DNA of 33,644 nucleotides from a virus (Duplodnaviria; Heunggongvirae; Uroviricota; Caudoviricetes): IMG/VR virus record IMGVR_UViG_2700989508_000034; one strand, 5' to 3'. Shown piece by piece: positions 26,159 to 33,644 of this stretch (position 1 is its first letter; each line of letters starts with the position of its first letter). The notes under the pieces were generated by a model. It saw only the letters and a program-made list of their open reading frames with translations, ran no database searches and was not told where the DNA came from. The position numbers and the translations under genes were made by a program.

Positions 26159-27813
26159 CCCCGATCAAATTCATGATATGCCTCATCGTCATCACGATAA
26201 CCGCCCTCCATGGCCCGCGACCGCTCCGGCAGCGCCTGACAGGCTGATTCATCCAGGATGAAGCCCTCCATGTATGACGCCCGGTTTGCCATACAGAGCG
26301 CCACGGCAAAATCGCCATGGCGGCGGGCGTTCACAGCCGTTGCGTTCTGGTCCTTCGTACGCCCCTTGTCAATTTGCGGGATACCGTTCACCACCTTCAC
26401 ATGGCGCAAATCATCAAGCGTGGTCTGATGGCGGGCGACGAGGATATTCTGATCCTCAAACTCGGCCTTCAGTTTTGGCATCCACTCGCCGTACCACTTC
26501 GGCGATAACATCACGCAGTCGATGATGTCCGGGCCAAAGGCCAGCAGCGCGGCTTCGGCCAGATAGCCGCCGTTACCGGTGGCGTCGAACGCCGCACCGA
26601 CCAGCGCCGGAACGCGGGTCAGGATGTACATCATCACCTGCTCCTGCTGGGCATACGGCAGGTTGCGCAGCTCCACGCGAAACACCTCGCGTTTTGCCAG
26701 GGATTCAGTGATTTCCAGCAGCACAAAGCAGGAGAGGTCACCGATGCGGGCAAAGTCTTCCCCGAAGCTGAAGCGGGAACGGGGATTTAACGCCTCTAAA
26801 AGCGGTTTTAAATGTTCTTCACACCAGGTTAAAACCTCCGATTCACGCAGCCATGCGGCACGGCTGATGAAGTCGTCCGGGGCTTCAAACGTCAGAATCG
26901 GGATGTCGCGGAGCATCGCCATTTCAATAAGCGCGTGAGGAATATAGGCACCGCCGGATTTTTTCGGGATACAGCCGTATTCCTCGTCGGCATCCTCACG
27001 GGTCGGGGCGTTTTTGTAGAGATCATCACGCCACTTCTGCTCGCTTTCCGGTGACCATTCGCGGCCGGTGACATAACAGATACGACGGTACAGCCCGTCC
27101 GCAATGGCATCATCCAGGGTAATGCGGTGGACGCTGTAATCCTTGCGCCCTTCGCGGGCTTCCTGAATGTACTGATTAAACAGATTATCGACGCCGTTAT
27201 GCGTGGAGATAATACGCACGCGCGCGCCCCACATGGTGAGCGCCATTGCCGCCTTGAGAAGCTCATCCAGTGACTCGTGGAACGCGGCTTCATCAATCAC
27301 CACATCCCCCTGAAGGCCGCGCAGGTTTGACGGACGGGAAGACAGTGCCTGAATTTTGAATCCACTGTTCGGAAAGCGGATCATGTAGGTCAGAATTTCT
27401 TCTTTTTTATCCCGATCCCAGAAGGTCTGCTCATACACATCAGCATCTGCCAGCTGGTTAAAGGCACGGGAGAACAGTGCGCAGGCAGAAATATATTCCA
27501 GCGCCATCTCCTGCTTTGACCCCACATAAAACACATTGCGGCCACCACGCCGCTTAGGCTTTGCGGCGGTAATGACGTTACGCCCGGCTTCCGCCCAGGT
27601 AAGCCCGGTGCGGCGGGATTTTTCCGCGATGCAGACCTCGCTTTCATCCTCAAACCAGCGGGCCTGATAATCCAGAAATACCGGCATATCACCGGGCAAA
27701 TCAAGGCTGTCCGGCACATCCACGCCCAGCAGGGCTTTTTCACCGGCCAGATCAATTTTGCGGGTGGAGACGGTATTCGTCAGTAAGGGGGAGAGTTCTT
27801 CGGCGTTATTCAT
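26149..27813 (-). CDS. Terminase large subunit (Mu E/gp28-like)
   Basis: 554-aa ORF with ATG 27813; precedes the portal gene; typical size. Confidence 0.8.
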   Translation of the reverse strand: MNNAEELSPLLTNTVSTRKIDLAGEKALLGVDVPDSLDLPGDMPVFLDYQARWFEDESEVCIAEKSRRTGLTWAEAGRNVITAAKPKRRGGRNVFYVGSKQEMALEYISACALFSRAFNQLADADVYEQTFWDRDKKEEILTYMIRFPNSGFKIQALSSRPSNLRGLQGDVVIDEAAFHESLDELLKAAMALTMWGARVRIISTHNGVDNLFNQYIQEAREGRKDYSVHRITLDDAIADGLYRRICYVTGREWSPESEQKWRDDLYKNAPTREDADEEYGCIPKKSGGAYIPHALIEMAMLRDIPILTFEAPDDFISRAAWLRESEVLTWCEEHLKPLLEALNPRSRFSFGEDFARIGDLSCFVLLEITESLAKREVFRVELRNLPYAQQEQVMMYILTRVPALVGAAFDATGNGGYLAEAALLAFGPDIIDCVMLSPKWYGEWMPKLKAEFEDQNILVARHQTTLDDLRHVKVVNGIPQIDKGRTKDQNATAVNARRHGDFAVALCMANRASYMEGFILDESACQALPERSRAMEGGYRDDDEAYHEFDRGCW

Positions 27814-28814
27814 CAGGCTTTACCCAACAGAATCCCCTTAATACGGGACTCAAGCTGTTCACTCATCCCGTCCACGCCGCGCAGCTCGTCGGTGACGGCG
27901 TTTGCCATCTCTTCAGCAAATGCGGCCCGGATTTCTTTTTCACGCTTAATGCTGCGCTCGGCGGCACTTTCCGCACGCTGTGCTGACAGGAGGATGTCCT
28001 TAATAAGACGCATATCCACGTCGCTGTCACTGTTCAGGGATTCGGTCGCGGCACGCAGACGGCGGTACATCAGGGCGCGGGACATCTCCAGAATCAGCGC
28101 TGTGGTTTCACCGGTTGGCTTGTCTCCCAGTTCGGCCATCATGGCTTTTGTCTGCTCGCGTAAATCACGCAGGTTACGGGCAATCAGCTCATTACGGGAG
28201 GCTTCCCGGCTGATGGCCGCCGGTGAAAGCTGCTGCTCTTCCGGCAGGCCCGCCTCACGGATCAGACGGTTGATTTCCTCGCGTATCTGGACCTGCGTCA
28301 GACGTTTTTCACGCAGCATTTCCAGCAGTGGCTTACGGATGCTGTCGGGGAGCAAATCCNNNNNNNNNNNNNNNNNNNNNNNNNNNNNNNNNNNNNNNNN
28401 NNNNNNNNNNNNNNNNNNNNNNNNNNNNNNNNNNNNNNNNNNNNNNNNNNNNNNNNNNNNNNNNNNNNNNNNNNNNNNNNNNNNNNNNNNNNNNNNNNNN
28501 NNNNNNNNNNNNNNNNNNNNNNNNNNNNNNNNNNNNNNNNNNNNNNNNNNNNNNNNNNNNNNNNNNNNNNNNNNNNNNNNNNNNNNNNNNNNNNNNNNNN
28601 NNNNNNNNNNNNNNNNNNNNNNNNNNNNNNNNNNNNNNNNNNNNNNNNNNNNNNNNNNNNNNNNNNNNNNNNNNNNNNNNNNNNNNNNNNNNNNNNNNNN
28701 NNNNNNNNNNNNNNNNNNNNNNNNNNNNNNNNNNNNNNNNNNNNNNNNNNNNNNNNNNNNNNNNNNNNNNNCGAGAATGACCAGACGCTGATCTTCAGTA
28801 ATGAAATCACTCAT
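27813..28814 (-). CDS. CDS interrupted by a 412-nt N block; C-terminal 183 aa resemble a Mu gp27-type DNA-packaging (small terminase-like) protein; may be one gene or two
   Basis: ATG 28814 (ATGA overlap with upstream gene, AAGGA RBS) gives MSDFITEDQRLVIL then Ns; downstream part is highly charged and helical, ends 1 nt before the terminase large subunit start. Confidence 0.4.
   Translation of the reverse strand: MSDFITEDQRLVILXXXXXXXXXXXXXXXXXXXXXXXXXXXXXXXXXXXXXXXXXXXXXXXXXXXXXXXXXXXXXXXXXXXXXXXXXXXXXXXXXXXXXXXXXXXXXXXXXXXXXXXXXXXXXXXXXXXXXXXXXXXXXXXXXXXXXXXXXXDLLPDSIRKPLLEMLREKRLTQVQIREEINRLIREAGLPEEQQLSPAAISREASRNELIARNLRDLREQTKAMMAELGDKPTGETTALILEMSRALMYRRLRAATESLNSDSDVDMRLIKDILLSAQRAESAAERSIKREKEIRAAFAEEMANAVTDELRGVDGMSEQLESRIKGILLGKA
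28360..28771. other. Run of 412 N (masked or unassembled sequence)
   Basis: Direct observation. Confidence 1.
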
Positions 28815-29119
28815 TGCGTTTTTTTCCTTACAGCCTGCTCCAGCAGCAGTTCGTTCTGATAGGAGACAGAGCGGAGCGTGGCGTTCGTGGTTTTCAGTTC
28901 ACCCCGCAGGGTCACGATTTCCACATTCAGACGGTTGACCTCGGCTTCTGTCGGCAGTGACGACAGGCGGGTTTCCACCTTCTCAACGCGGTCGGAGAGT
29001 TTTTCAAAGGCCTCGCGGGGGACAAACGTTTTGCGCATCAGCGCCATGAATATCCCGCCAGCGGTTGCCGTCGCCGAAAGGATCGGCACAACATAATCTT
29101 TAACGATGCTGACCCACAT
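28811..29119 (-). CDS. Single-pass membrane protein with coiled-coil C-terminus; possible lysis-associated protein
   Basis: 102 aa; N-terminal hydrophobic segment VVPILSATATAGGIFMALM followed by charged helical region; sits between lysis and packaging genes. Confidence 0.45.
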   Translation of the reverse strand: MWVSIVKDYVVPILSATATAGGIFMALMRKTFVPREAFEKLSDRVEKVETRLSSLPTEAEVNRLNVEIVTLRGELKTTNATLRSVSYQNELLLEQAVRKKTQ

Positions 29120-29327
29120 GACGGGCCTCCATGATGTTCTGGCAGTTCACACAACGGATGGCATCCGGCACAGCAACAAGACGTGCGGCGGGGATCTCTC
29201 CGCCACAGTCCGCGCAGACACGTCTGCCCGGAGCATCCATTGCCCGGCGCTTACGTGTCAGCCGGTTACAAAGGGCGCGTTCTGATCCCCGCTCCATCAC
29301 AGCCTGAGCACGATCTGAATCATCCAT
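29100..29327 (-). CDS. TraR/DksA-family C4 zinc-finger protein; start at internal ATG 29327
   Basis: CADCGGEIPAARLVAVPDAIRCVNCQ four-Cys motif; TAAGGAAAAAGGT RBS before ATG 29327. Confidence 0.6.
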   Translation of the reverse strand: MDDSDRAQAVMERGSERALCNRLTRKRRAMDAPGRRVCADCGGEIPAARLVAVPDAIRCVNCQNIMEARHVGQHR

Positions 29328-29337
29328 ACCTTTTTCC

Positions 29338-29709
29338 TTACTTCGTCTTTCCTGCCGGAACAGCAGGCGTTCCGGCCATATCAGTAAATTCATGTTGTCG
29401 CCGCGCCTCCAGACGACGAATACTGGCCTTGTCCACGTTGCAGTTCTTGATCACCGCCAGCAGTTGCAGGTTGTAAGTGACCGATGCCCCAAACGTGAAC
29501 GGCTCCGGCGCAGGAGGGACCAGGCAGTCAGCCAGCCATTCAGCGGGGATCGGCACCGGCTTCACAGGCACGTATTTCACAGACGGCCCGGCGCACCCGA
29601 TCAGCCACATCATCAGGAACAGGGGCAGAGGCCGCAGGCACTGCCGCCAGCGACCGGCGGACAACGCTCTGCTGCCCCTCGCTGTGCTGAATGTTCTGTT
29701 GTTTTTCAT
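29338..29709 (-). CDS. Putative o-spanin (outer-membrane lipoprotein), partly overlapping the i-spanin in another frame; start uncertain
   Basis: Signal-like segment with lipobox ...LFLMMWLIGCAGP followed by Pro-rich region; overlaps 29540..29890 out of frame. Confidence 0.45.
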   Translation of the reverse strand: MKNNRTFSTARGSRALSAGRWRQCLRPLPLFLMMWLIGCAGPSVKYVPVKPVPIPAEWLADCLVPPAPEPFTFGASVTYNLQLLAVIKNCNVDKASIRRLEARRQHEFTDMAGTPAVPAGKTK

Positions 29710-29890
29710 TCGTGGCCGCCTCACTGATTTGTGAAATGAGTTGCAGGGTGTGCTGCTGATTTGCCAGCACCTGACGCGCCTCATCCCGCTCACGCACAAG
29801 CACCTGATTATTGTCTTCAAGGCGCTGCGTCTTCTGGTGCATTCCCCATATAGCGGCAACCAGTACAGCGATAATCCCCAGCGCCGCCAT
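29540..29890 (-). CDS. Putative i-spanin (Rz-like); alternative upstream start at 30040
   Basis: MAALGIIAVLVAAIWGM hydrophobic N-terminus followed by Gln/Glu/Arg-rich coiled coil; immediately downstream of the endolysin. Confidence 0.5.
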   Translation of the reverse strand: MAALGIIAVLVAAIWGMHQKTQRLEDNNQVLVRERDEARQVLANQQHTLQLISQISEAATNEKQQNIQHSEGQQSVVRRSLAAVPAASAPVPDDVADRVRRAVCEIRACEAGADPR

Positions 29891-30002
29891 GCACGCCCCG
29901 GCAATCAGGGCCGGTAAGGCATTATTCACCGCAGCCACAGGACACCCCGTAACAGCAGTACCGCACACAGCAGCGCTATCATGAGCGGTCGCCAGAAGCG
30001 GT

Positions 30003-30503
30003 TCAGACTTTCGGCAAGTCGTAGCGACATAACCATTCATCCGCCGAACGGCGGGCCTCAAGGCCGGGGAGTTTCACCCCCTTTGAATAAATCCAGCGGA
30101 TATACTGCTTACAGGACGCGGGCATCTGCCCGGCATTGATCAGGCGCAGAAGCGTGGAGTTGCGAAAGTTCGTTTCACCGGCCCAGAAGATCCACGAAGC
30201 CAGCGCCACCGTCTGACCACGGGTAAGCGGCACCTGAACACGCCGATCAATGGCCGCAAAGGCCCATTTCATGTCCTTTTCCAGTAGTTCCAGGCATTCT
30301 TCATCTGTCAGGGTCATACCCGGTTTCACATCCGGGCCGGTATGGCCGTAACAGATGGTGGGTGTACCGGTGGGATCGATATACGTGGAGTTTTCTTTCC
30401 CTTCCCAGTAACCGGTGTAATGCGTGGCAATCGTGAACGTCCCGGCACCGGCCAGAACAAGGGCAATCAGCTTTTTACGCAGTGGTGCGGGGAGTTTTGG
30501 CAT
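30003..30503 (-). CDS. lys: Endolysin, T4-lysozyme-like (GH24) with N-terminal signal-anchor-release (SAR) segment
   Basis: N-terminal hydrophobic LIALVLAGAGTFTIATHY followed by the catalytic-region pattern EGKENSTYIDPTGTPTICYGHTG typical of GH24 lysozymes. Confidence 0.8.
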   Translation of the reverse strand: MPKLPAPLRKKLIALVLAGAGTFTIATHYTGYWEGKENSTYIDPTGTPTICYGHTGPDVKPGMTLTDEECLELLEKDMKWAFAAIDRRVQVPLTRGQTVALASWIFWAGETNFRNSTLLRLINAGQMPASCKQYIRWIYSKGVKLPGLEARRSADEWLCRYDLPKV

Positions 30504-30574
30504 TGTTACGCTGTCTCATGATGTTCTCTGAGTCAGCGTAACGGTGAAGGAGAGGCGGCAGGCTTTGCGGAATA

Positions 30575-31000
30575 TCAGAAAAGTGGCGGTTGCGTTCTTG
30601 CCAGATGCAGACGGCGCTGTTCGCGTATGACGGTATAAATCTGGGTTTCTGACATCCGGTAATGGCGGCGAAGGGATTCAATTTTCTCGCCCCGGTCCCA
30701 GCGCGAAAATATCTCATTGTTTCGCAGCTCGGCAAAGAGAGATTCCCCGACCGGCAGGTAATAACCCCGTCCGCCCATATAGGCTGCCTGAGCCGCAGCC
30801 ACCTTGCGTGCCAGTTTACCGGCCAGTACCGGCTCAATCCCCTGACGCTGAAGTTCTGCGCCGGTGACTTCAACCAGTTCTGACAGGGTCCGCGGCCAGT
30901 TCTTTTTGAGAACATCATCAGGGATGTCATCAAGGCGGTCGATAAGGGCGTGCAGTTGCTCACTGTCACCACCAAACATGCTCATCTGAGTTTCTGCCAT
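30575..31000 (-). CDS. Mor/C-family transcriptional activator; position directly upstream of lysis genes suggests the late activator C
   Basis: 141 aa; ...AAYMGGRGYYLPVGESL...EIFSRWDRGEKIESLRRHYRMSETQIYTVIREQRRL matches the Mor/C pattern (GG.VYIP.G, C-terminal HTH); GGAGG RBS. Confidence 0.7.
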   Translation of the reverse strand: MAETQMSMFGGDSEQLHALIDRLDDIPDDVLKKNWPRTLSELVEVTGAELQRQGIEPVLAGKLARKVAAAQAAYMGGRGYYLPVGESLFAELRNNEIFSRWDRGEKIESLRRHYRMSETQIYTVIREQRRLHLARTQPPLF

Positions 31001-31030
31001 ATCAGCCTCCGGTTCTCGCGTTCCCGGTAA

Positions 31031-31063
31031 GTTTAAAATAAAAATCCCGCGTTGTGGCGGGAT
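31031..31063 (-). terminator. Rho-independent terminator for leftward (minus-strand) early transcription
   Basis: Minus strand reads ATCCCGC-CACAAC-GCGGGAT followed by TTTTTATTTTAAAC: 7-bp GC-rich stem, 6-nt loop, U-tract; lies just upstream of the activator gene start. Confidence 0.6.
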
Positions 31064-31277
31064 TTGGAGTTAACGGGGAAGTGATTTTTCATACTGCCTG
31101 CAAACGGCGTCATACCCCATCAGCGTGCGTTCGGGCATTCCCATCGCGGCCAGCATTTTGCGGCGGTGCCATCGCTTGAGACGCTCCAGCACATCTGAGG
31201 CCAGGGCGGGGTGTTGCTCCAGCCACTGCCAGTTTGCCACACCTTCGCCGCCGTTCTGCGGGCCGTCTGCGATTCAC

Positions 31278-31334
31278 NNNNNNNNNNNNNNNNNNNNNNN
31301 NNNNNNNNNNNNNNNNNNNNNNNNNNNNNNNNNN
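31278..31334. other. Run of 57 N (masked or unassembled sequence)
   Basis: Direct observation. Confidence 1.
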
Positions 31335-31370
31335 TAATTTTGTAACACGGTTTAGCCATTTTGTTTTTCC

Positions 31371-31664
31371 TTATTGCAGTGTGCCTGATGCTTTATGCAC
31401 GCGGTGGCGTTTAATGATGGCATCCGCCCCAAAAGCCTGTACAGATGCCTGAAATTCCGCTGAGAGAAACTGAATAATTTCAGGACTGTGATACTGGAGA
31501 ATACTTGCATAAACGTCACAGAGTGACGTCGGCCTGTTATTCGTATCACGTTCTGTTTTTACATCCACACCAATCTTTTCATGCACTTCAACACAGTCAT
31601 TGCCTGCCGGTTTTTCGTCATGCGAAACATGCTTAAATTCAAAAATAACGCGTACTTTGCTCAT
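31371..31664 (-). CDS. Hypothetical early protein, paralog of the adjacent gene; start at internal ATG 31664
   Basis: MSKVRVIFEFKHVSHDEK... shares the N-terminus with the upstream ORF (MSKVVRIIFEYKEHVIHK); AGGGG RBS. Confidence 0.5.
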   Translation of the reverse strand: MSKVRVIFEFKHVSHDEKPAGNDCVEVHEKIGVDVKTERDTNNRPTSLCDVYASILQYHSPEIIQFLSAEFQASVQAFGADAIIKRHRVHKASGTLQ

Positions 31665-31668
31665 GGAA

Positions 31669-31941
31669 TTACCCCTGCTGATTAAATTCATTACCTTTAA
31701 TAACCCCGGAACGCATGCTCATATCTTTCATGAGCGCACTGGCTTTCATTGCCACAAGTTCAGCAAAGTCTCTGCTTTCCGCGAGCATAACCACCCCAAA
31801 AATCATGGCGGGTCCATCACCTTTCTGCTTTATCCCGGTTGAACGTATGTCCAGACTTACCCCCATGCGCACTGTTCCATCAGCGTTTTTATGGATAACG
31901 TGCTCCTTGTATTCGAAAATAATGCGTACGACTTTACTCAT
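31669..31941 (-). CDS. Hypothetical early protein (paralog pair member)
   Basis: 90 aa; AGAGG RBS; overlaps the upstream gene stop. Confidence 0.5.
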   Translation of the reverse strand: MSKVVRIIFEYKEHVIHKNADGTVRMGVSLDIRSTGIKQKGDGPAMIFGVVMLAESRDFAELVAMKASALMKDMSMRSGVIKGNEFNQQG

Positions 31942-32219
31942 CCTCTGGTCCTCGTTCTGTTTGGATAACTGACCCGGCGTCTGACCTCACGGCAGAACCG
32001 AATCATGGCATTAAAGGCTTCTTCCTCCGTCACCGCTTCCGGTATCCCCGGAACCAGTAACTGCTCCTGTTCATCACGTCCATGACGCGCCATAACCTCA
32101 ATCACATGCCGTACCGTGGCAGGCTTTCCGGCAACTATCGGCAATGCACCTTCCGGCAGGACGTAACCAAACTCAATAAGACCACTCGACCACGCCCATG
32201 CAATGAGATTTTTTTTCAC
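31938..32219 (-). CDS. Hypothetical early protein
   Basis: 93-aa ORF tightly packed in the early operon. Confidence 0.45.
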   Translation of the reverse strand: MKKNLIAWAWSSGLIEFGYVLPEGALPIVAGKPATVRHVIEVMARHGRDEQEQLLVPGIPEAVTEEEAFNAMIRFCREVRRRVSYPNRTRTRG

Positions 32220-32220
32220 C

Positions 32221-32487
32221 TCACACCTCCCAGTAAACCGTGCAGCCGCTGATGCGGGTGGCCTTCACACGGCGGCGCAGGCCGTTGGTCTGTATGGTGA
32301 TTTCAATTTCACCGGTTCCCTGCACGTTGCCTACCGGCGGCGTGGTTTTCAGTGCAAAACGTTGTGGGTAGCGCTTACTGCGTTCCAGTACCGCACCGGC
32401 AAGTTCGGTCAGACGGCGCGCGCTGTTCAGGGAGTCGAATAAATTCATTTTGTTACCGCAGGATTGCATATTCATATAACACCTCAT
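32221..32487 (-). CDS. Hypothetical early protein
   Basis: 88-aa ORF adjacent to neighbours with 0-1 nt spacing. Confidence 0.45.
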   Translation of the reverse strand: MRCYMNMQSCGNKMNLFDSLNSARRLTELAGAVLERSKRYPQRFALKTTPPVGNVQGTGEIEITIQTNGLRRRVKATRISGCTVYWEV

Positions 32488-32715
32488 TTAGCTGACTTGT
32501 TTCGCACCAACAGAACGGCATATTCCGCTGTAAACTTCTGTCGCACCTTCGCGATCAAGTCCGGCAGATATCACCATTCGTGTGCGGTCATTAAATTCAA
32601 AAAGTAAATCGCCACATTCTTTATTTTCGGCCAGTGAAATCACCTTCACGTTATCGAAATTAACCAGGTAAAAGCGTCCGTAAATATCAGGAATATAAAA
32701 TACCGCCATAATCAC
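32488..32715 (-). CDS. Hypothetical early protein, positional equivalent of Mu kil
   Basis: 75-aa ORF immediately downstream of B with start/stop overlap; no sequence identification possible. Confidence 0.4.
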   Translation of the reverse strand: MIMAVFYIPDIYGRFYLVNFDNVKVISLAENKECGDLLFEFNDRTRMVISAGLDREGATEVYSGICRSVGAKQVS

Positions 32716-33644
32716 ACCTGTGAGAGTAATTCAGGGTTGGTATAAACCTCTTTAAAGGCCGCATTAATATGTTTTTCTGTCAGCGCCGCACCTTCACCGC
32801 TGGCGGTGAGCCACGCCTGGTTAAGCGTATGTGTCAGAACGCGTAACGCTCCCGGCTTTTCAGCGATAGCCTGCATGACGGCCAGCTCGGCCTCACCACT
32901 GATACCCCATGCCCTGGCAATGGCCAGCACATCCGCCTTTTTGGCCTTGCGAAGTTGTTTTGTACGGGCAAGACGGCTGAACAGGCGCGATAAATCATCA
33001 AAGGCGCGGCGTCCACCTTTAAACAATCCGCGCGGGTTACCAATAAGCACCATCCCGATCCCCGTGGCGTCCTGAATTGCCCGGAGTTGCTCCAGACCGT
33101 CAATACCAAGATGATCCGCCTCATCCACAATCACCAGTCCACGCGTTCCCATCAGGCGACGGCGGATGGCGCGGGATAATGCCCCTTTGTTCGCGCGGGT
33201 GTAATCAATCCCCAGCGCATCGGCCAGCTCCAGCAGACACTCCGTGACGCTGGAGTGCGCGGGTGACAGGGTGATCATCCAGGTGTTTGGTTGCTCCTGG
33301 CAGTAATTACGGGCGGTGGCCGTTTTACCTACCCCCGGCACGCCCACAATGACGTTAATACAGCCCATCAGGCGAACCGCCTGAAACAGTGCGCGCAGCT
33401 CCTGAACTGTCTGCGTTTCCACAAACTGCGGCGGTTCCGGCAGTGCGCTTTGTTTATTCCAGTTTTCATACCAGGAACGCAGGGAAGCAGCCACAGCGGC
33501 GTTATCGCCTTTATATTTCCCCTTGCGGAAAGCCGATAATGTGCCGTCGGAAATTCCCGCCTCTCTGGCGATGGCATACTGCGTCAGTACGCCGCCATCA
33601 ATAAGTTCATCAATGGTCTTGATTACATCGTTAATATCAGTCAT
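32712..33644 (-). CDS. B: Transposition ATPase / target DNA activator B (Mu B-like)
   Basis: 310 aa; PEPPQFVETQTVQ, Walker A GVPGVGKT, LVIVDEADHLG, KPGALRVL match Mu B motifs; ATG at the window's last base. Confidence 0.9.
   Translation of the reverse strand: MTDINDVIKTIDELIDGGVLTQYAIAREAGISDGTLSAFRKGKYKGDNAAVAASLRSWYENWNKQSALPEPPQFVETQTVQELRALFQAVRLMGCINVIVGVPGVGKTATARNYCQEQPNTWMITLSPAHSSVTECLLELADALGIDYTRANKGALSRAIRRRLMGTRGLVIVDEADHLGIDGLEQLRAIQDATGIGMVLIGNPRGLFKGGRRAFDDLSRLFSRLARTKQLRKAKKADVLAIARAWGISGEAELAVMQAIAEKPGALRVLTHTLNQAWLTASGEGAALTEKHINAAFKEVYTNPELLSQV

Larger units (their letters stand above)
2242..33644 (-). mobile_element. Mu-like transposable prophage, right ~31 kb (B gene through right end); left part with A/ner/c lies outside the window
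   Basis: Gene order and content on the minus strand match Mu: B, early genes, Mor/C activator, lysis, terminase, portal, F, G, I, T, sheath, tube, tape measure, N, baseplate, S fibre, invertible segment, gin, com-mom. Confidence 0.85.

Noticed and set aside
286-26176. Many plus-strand ORFs of 60-300 aa overlapping minus-strand phage and adhesin genes (e.g. 286..921, 11665..12441, 17944..18870, 21352..21915, 25577..26176)
   Set aside because: They lie antisense to strongly supported genes, lack RBS context and have low-complexity or Arg/Cys-rich translations typical of shadow ORFs in GC-rich coding DNA.
31120-31359. ORF-track CDS spanning the 57-N block
   Set aside because: Reading frame is carried through Ns; the translated flank is W-rich and not protein-like, and another frame looks more plausible. 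Treated as an artefact.
1-33644. CRISPR arrays, tRNA/rRNA genes, IS elements
   Set aside because: No regularly spaced direct repeats, no tRNA-like cloverleaf candidates and no transposase other than the phage functions were seen on reading.

Overview
Almost the whole window is the right ~31 kb of a Mu-like transposable prophage, encoded on the minus strand. Reading from 33644 down to ~2242: transposition ATPase B, a compact block of five small early genes, a Mor/C-family activator, a lysis cassette (SAR endolysin, overlapping spanins, TraR-like zinc finger), terminase/portal/head genes, contractile tail and baseplate genes, a Gin-invertible tail-fibre segment, a ~3 kb cargo island with an SGNH/SASA-type esterase, and com-mom next to the phage right end. 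The phage end abuts a host trimeric autotransporter adhesin gene (1-2235) that has no signal peptide and looks truncated by the insertion. Two N runs (28360-28771, 31278-31334) hide sequence, including the likely position of a second activator gene. All protein identities are from reading the translated ORFs against remembered family hallmarks; no database search was run. My hand-indexed coordinates for non-ORF features can be off by 1-2 nt. No CRISPR array, tRNA, rRNA or IS element was recognised.
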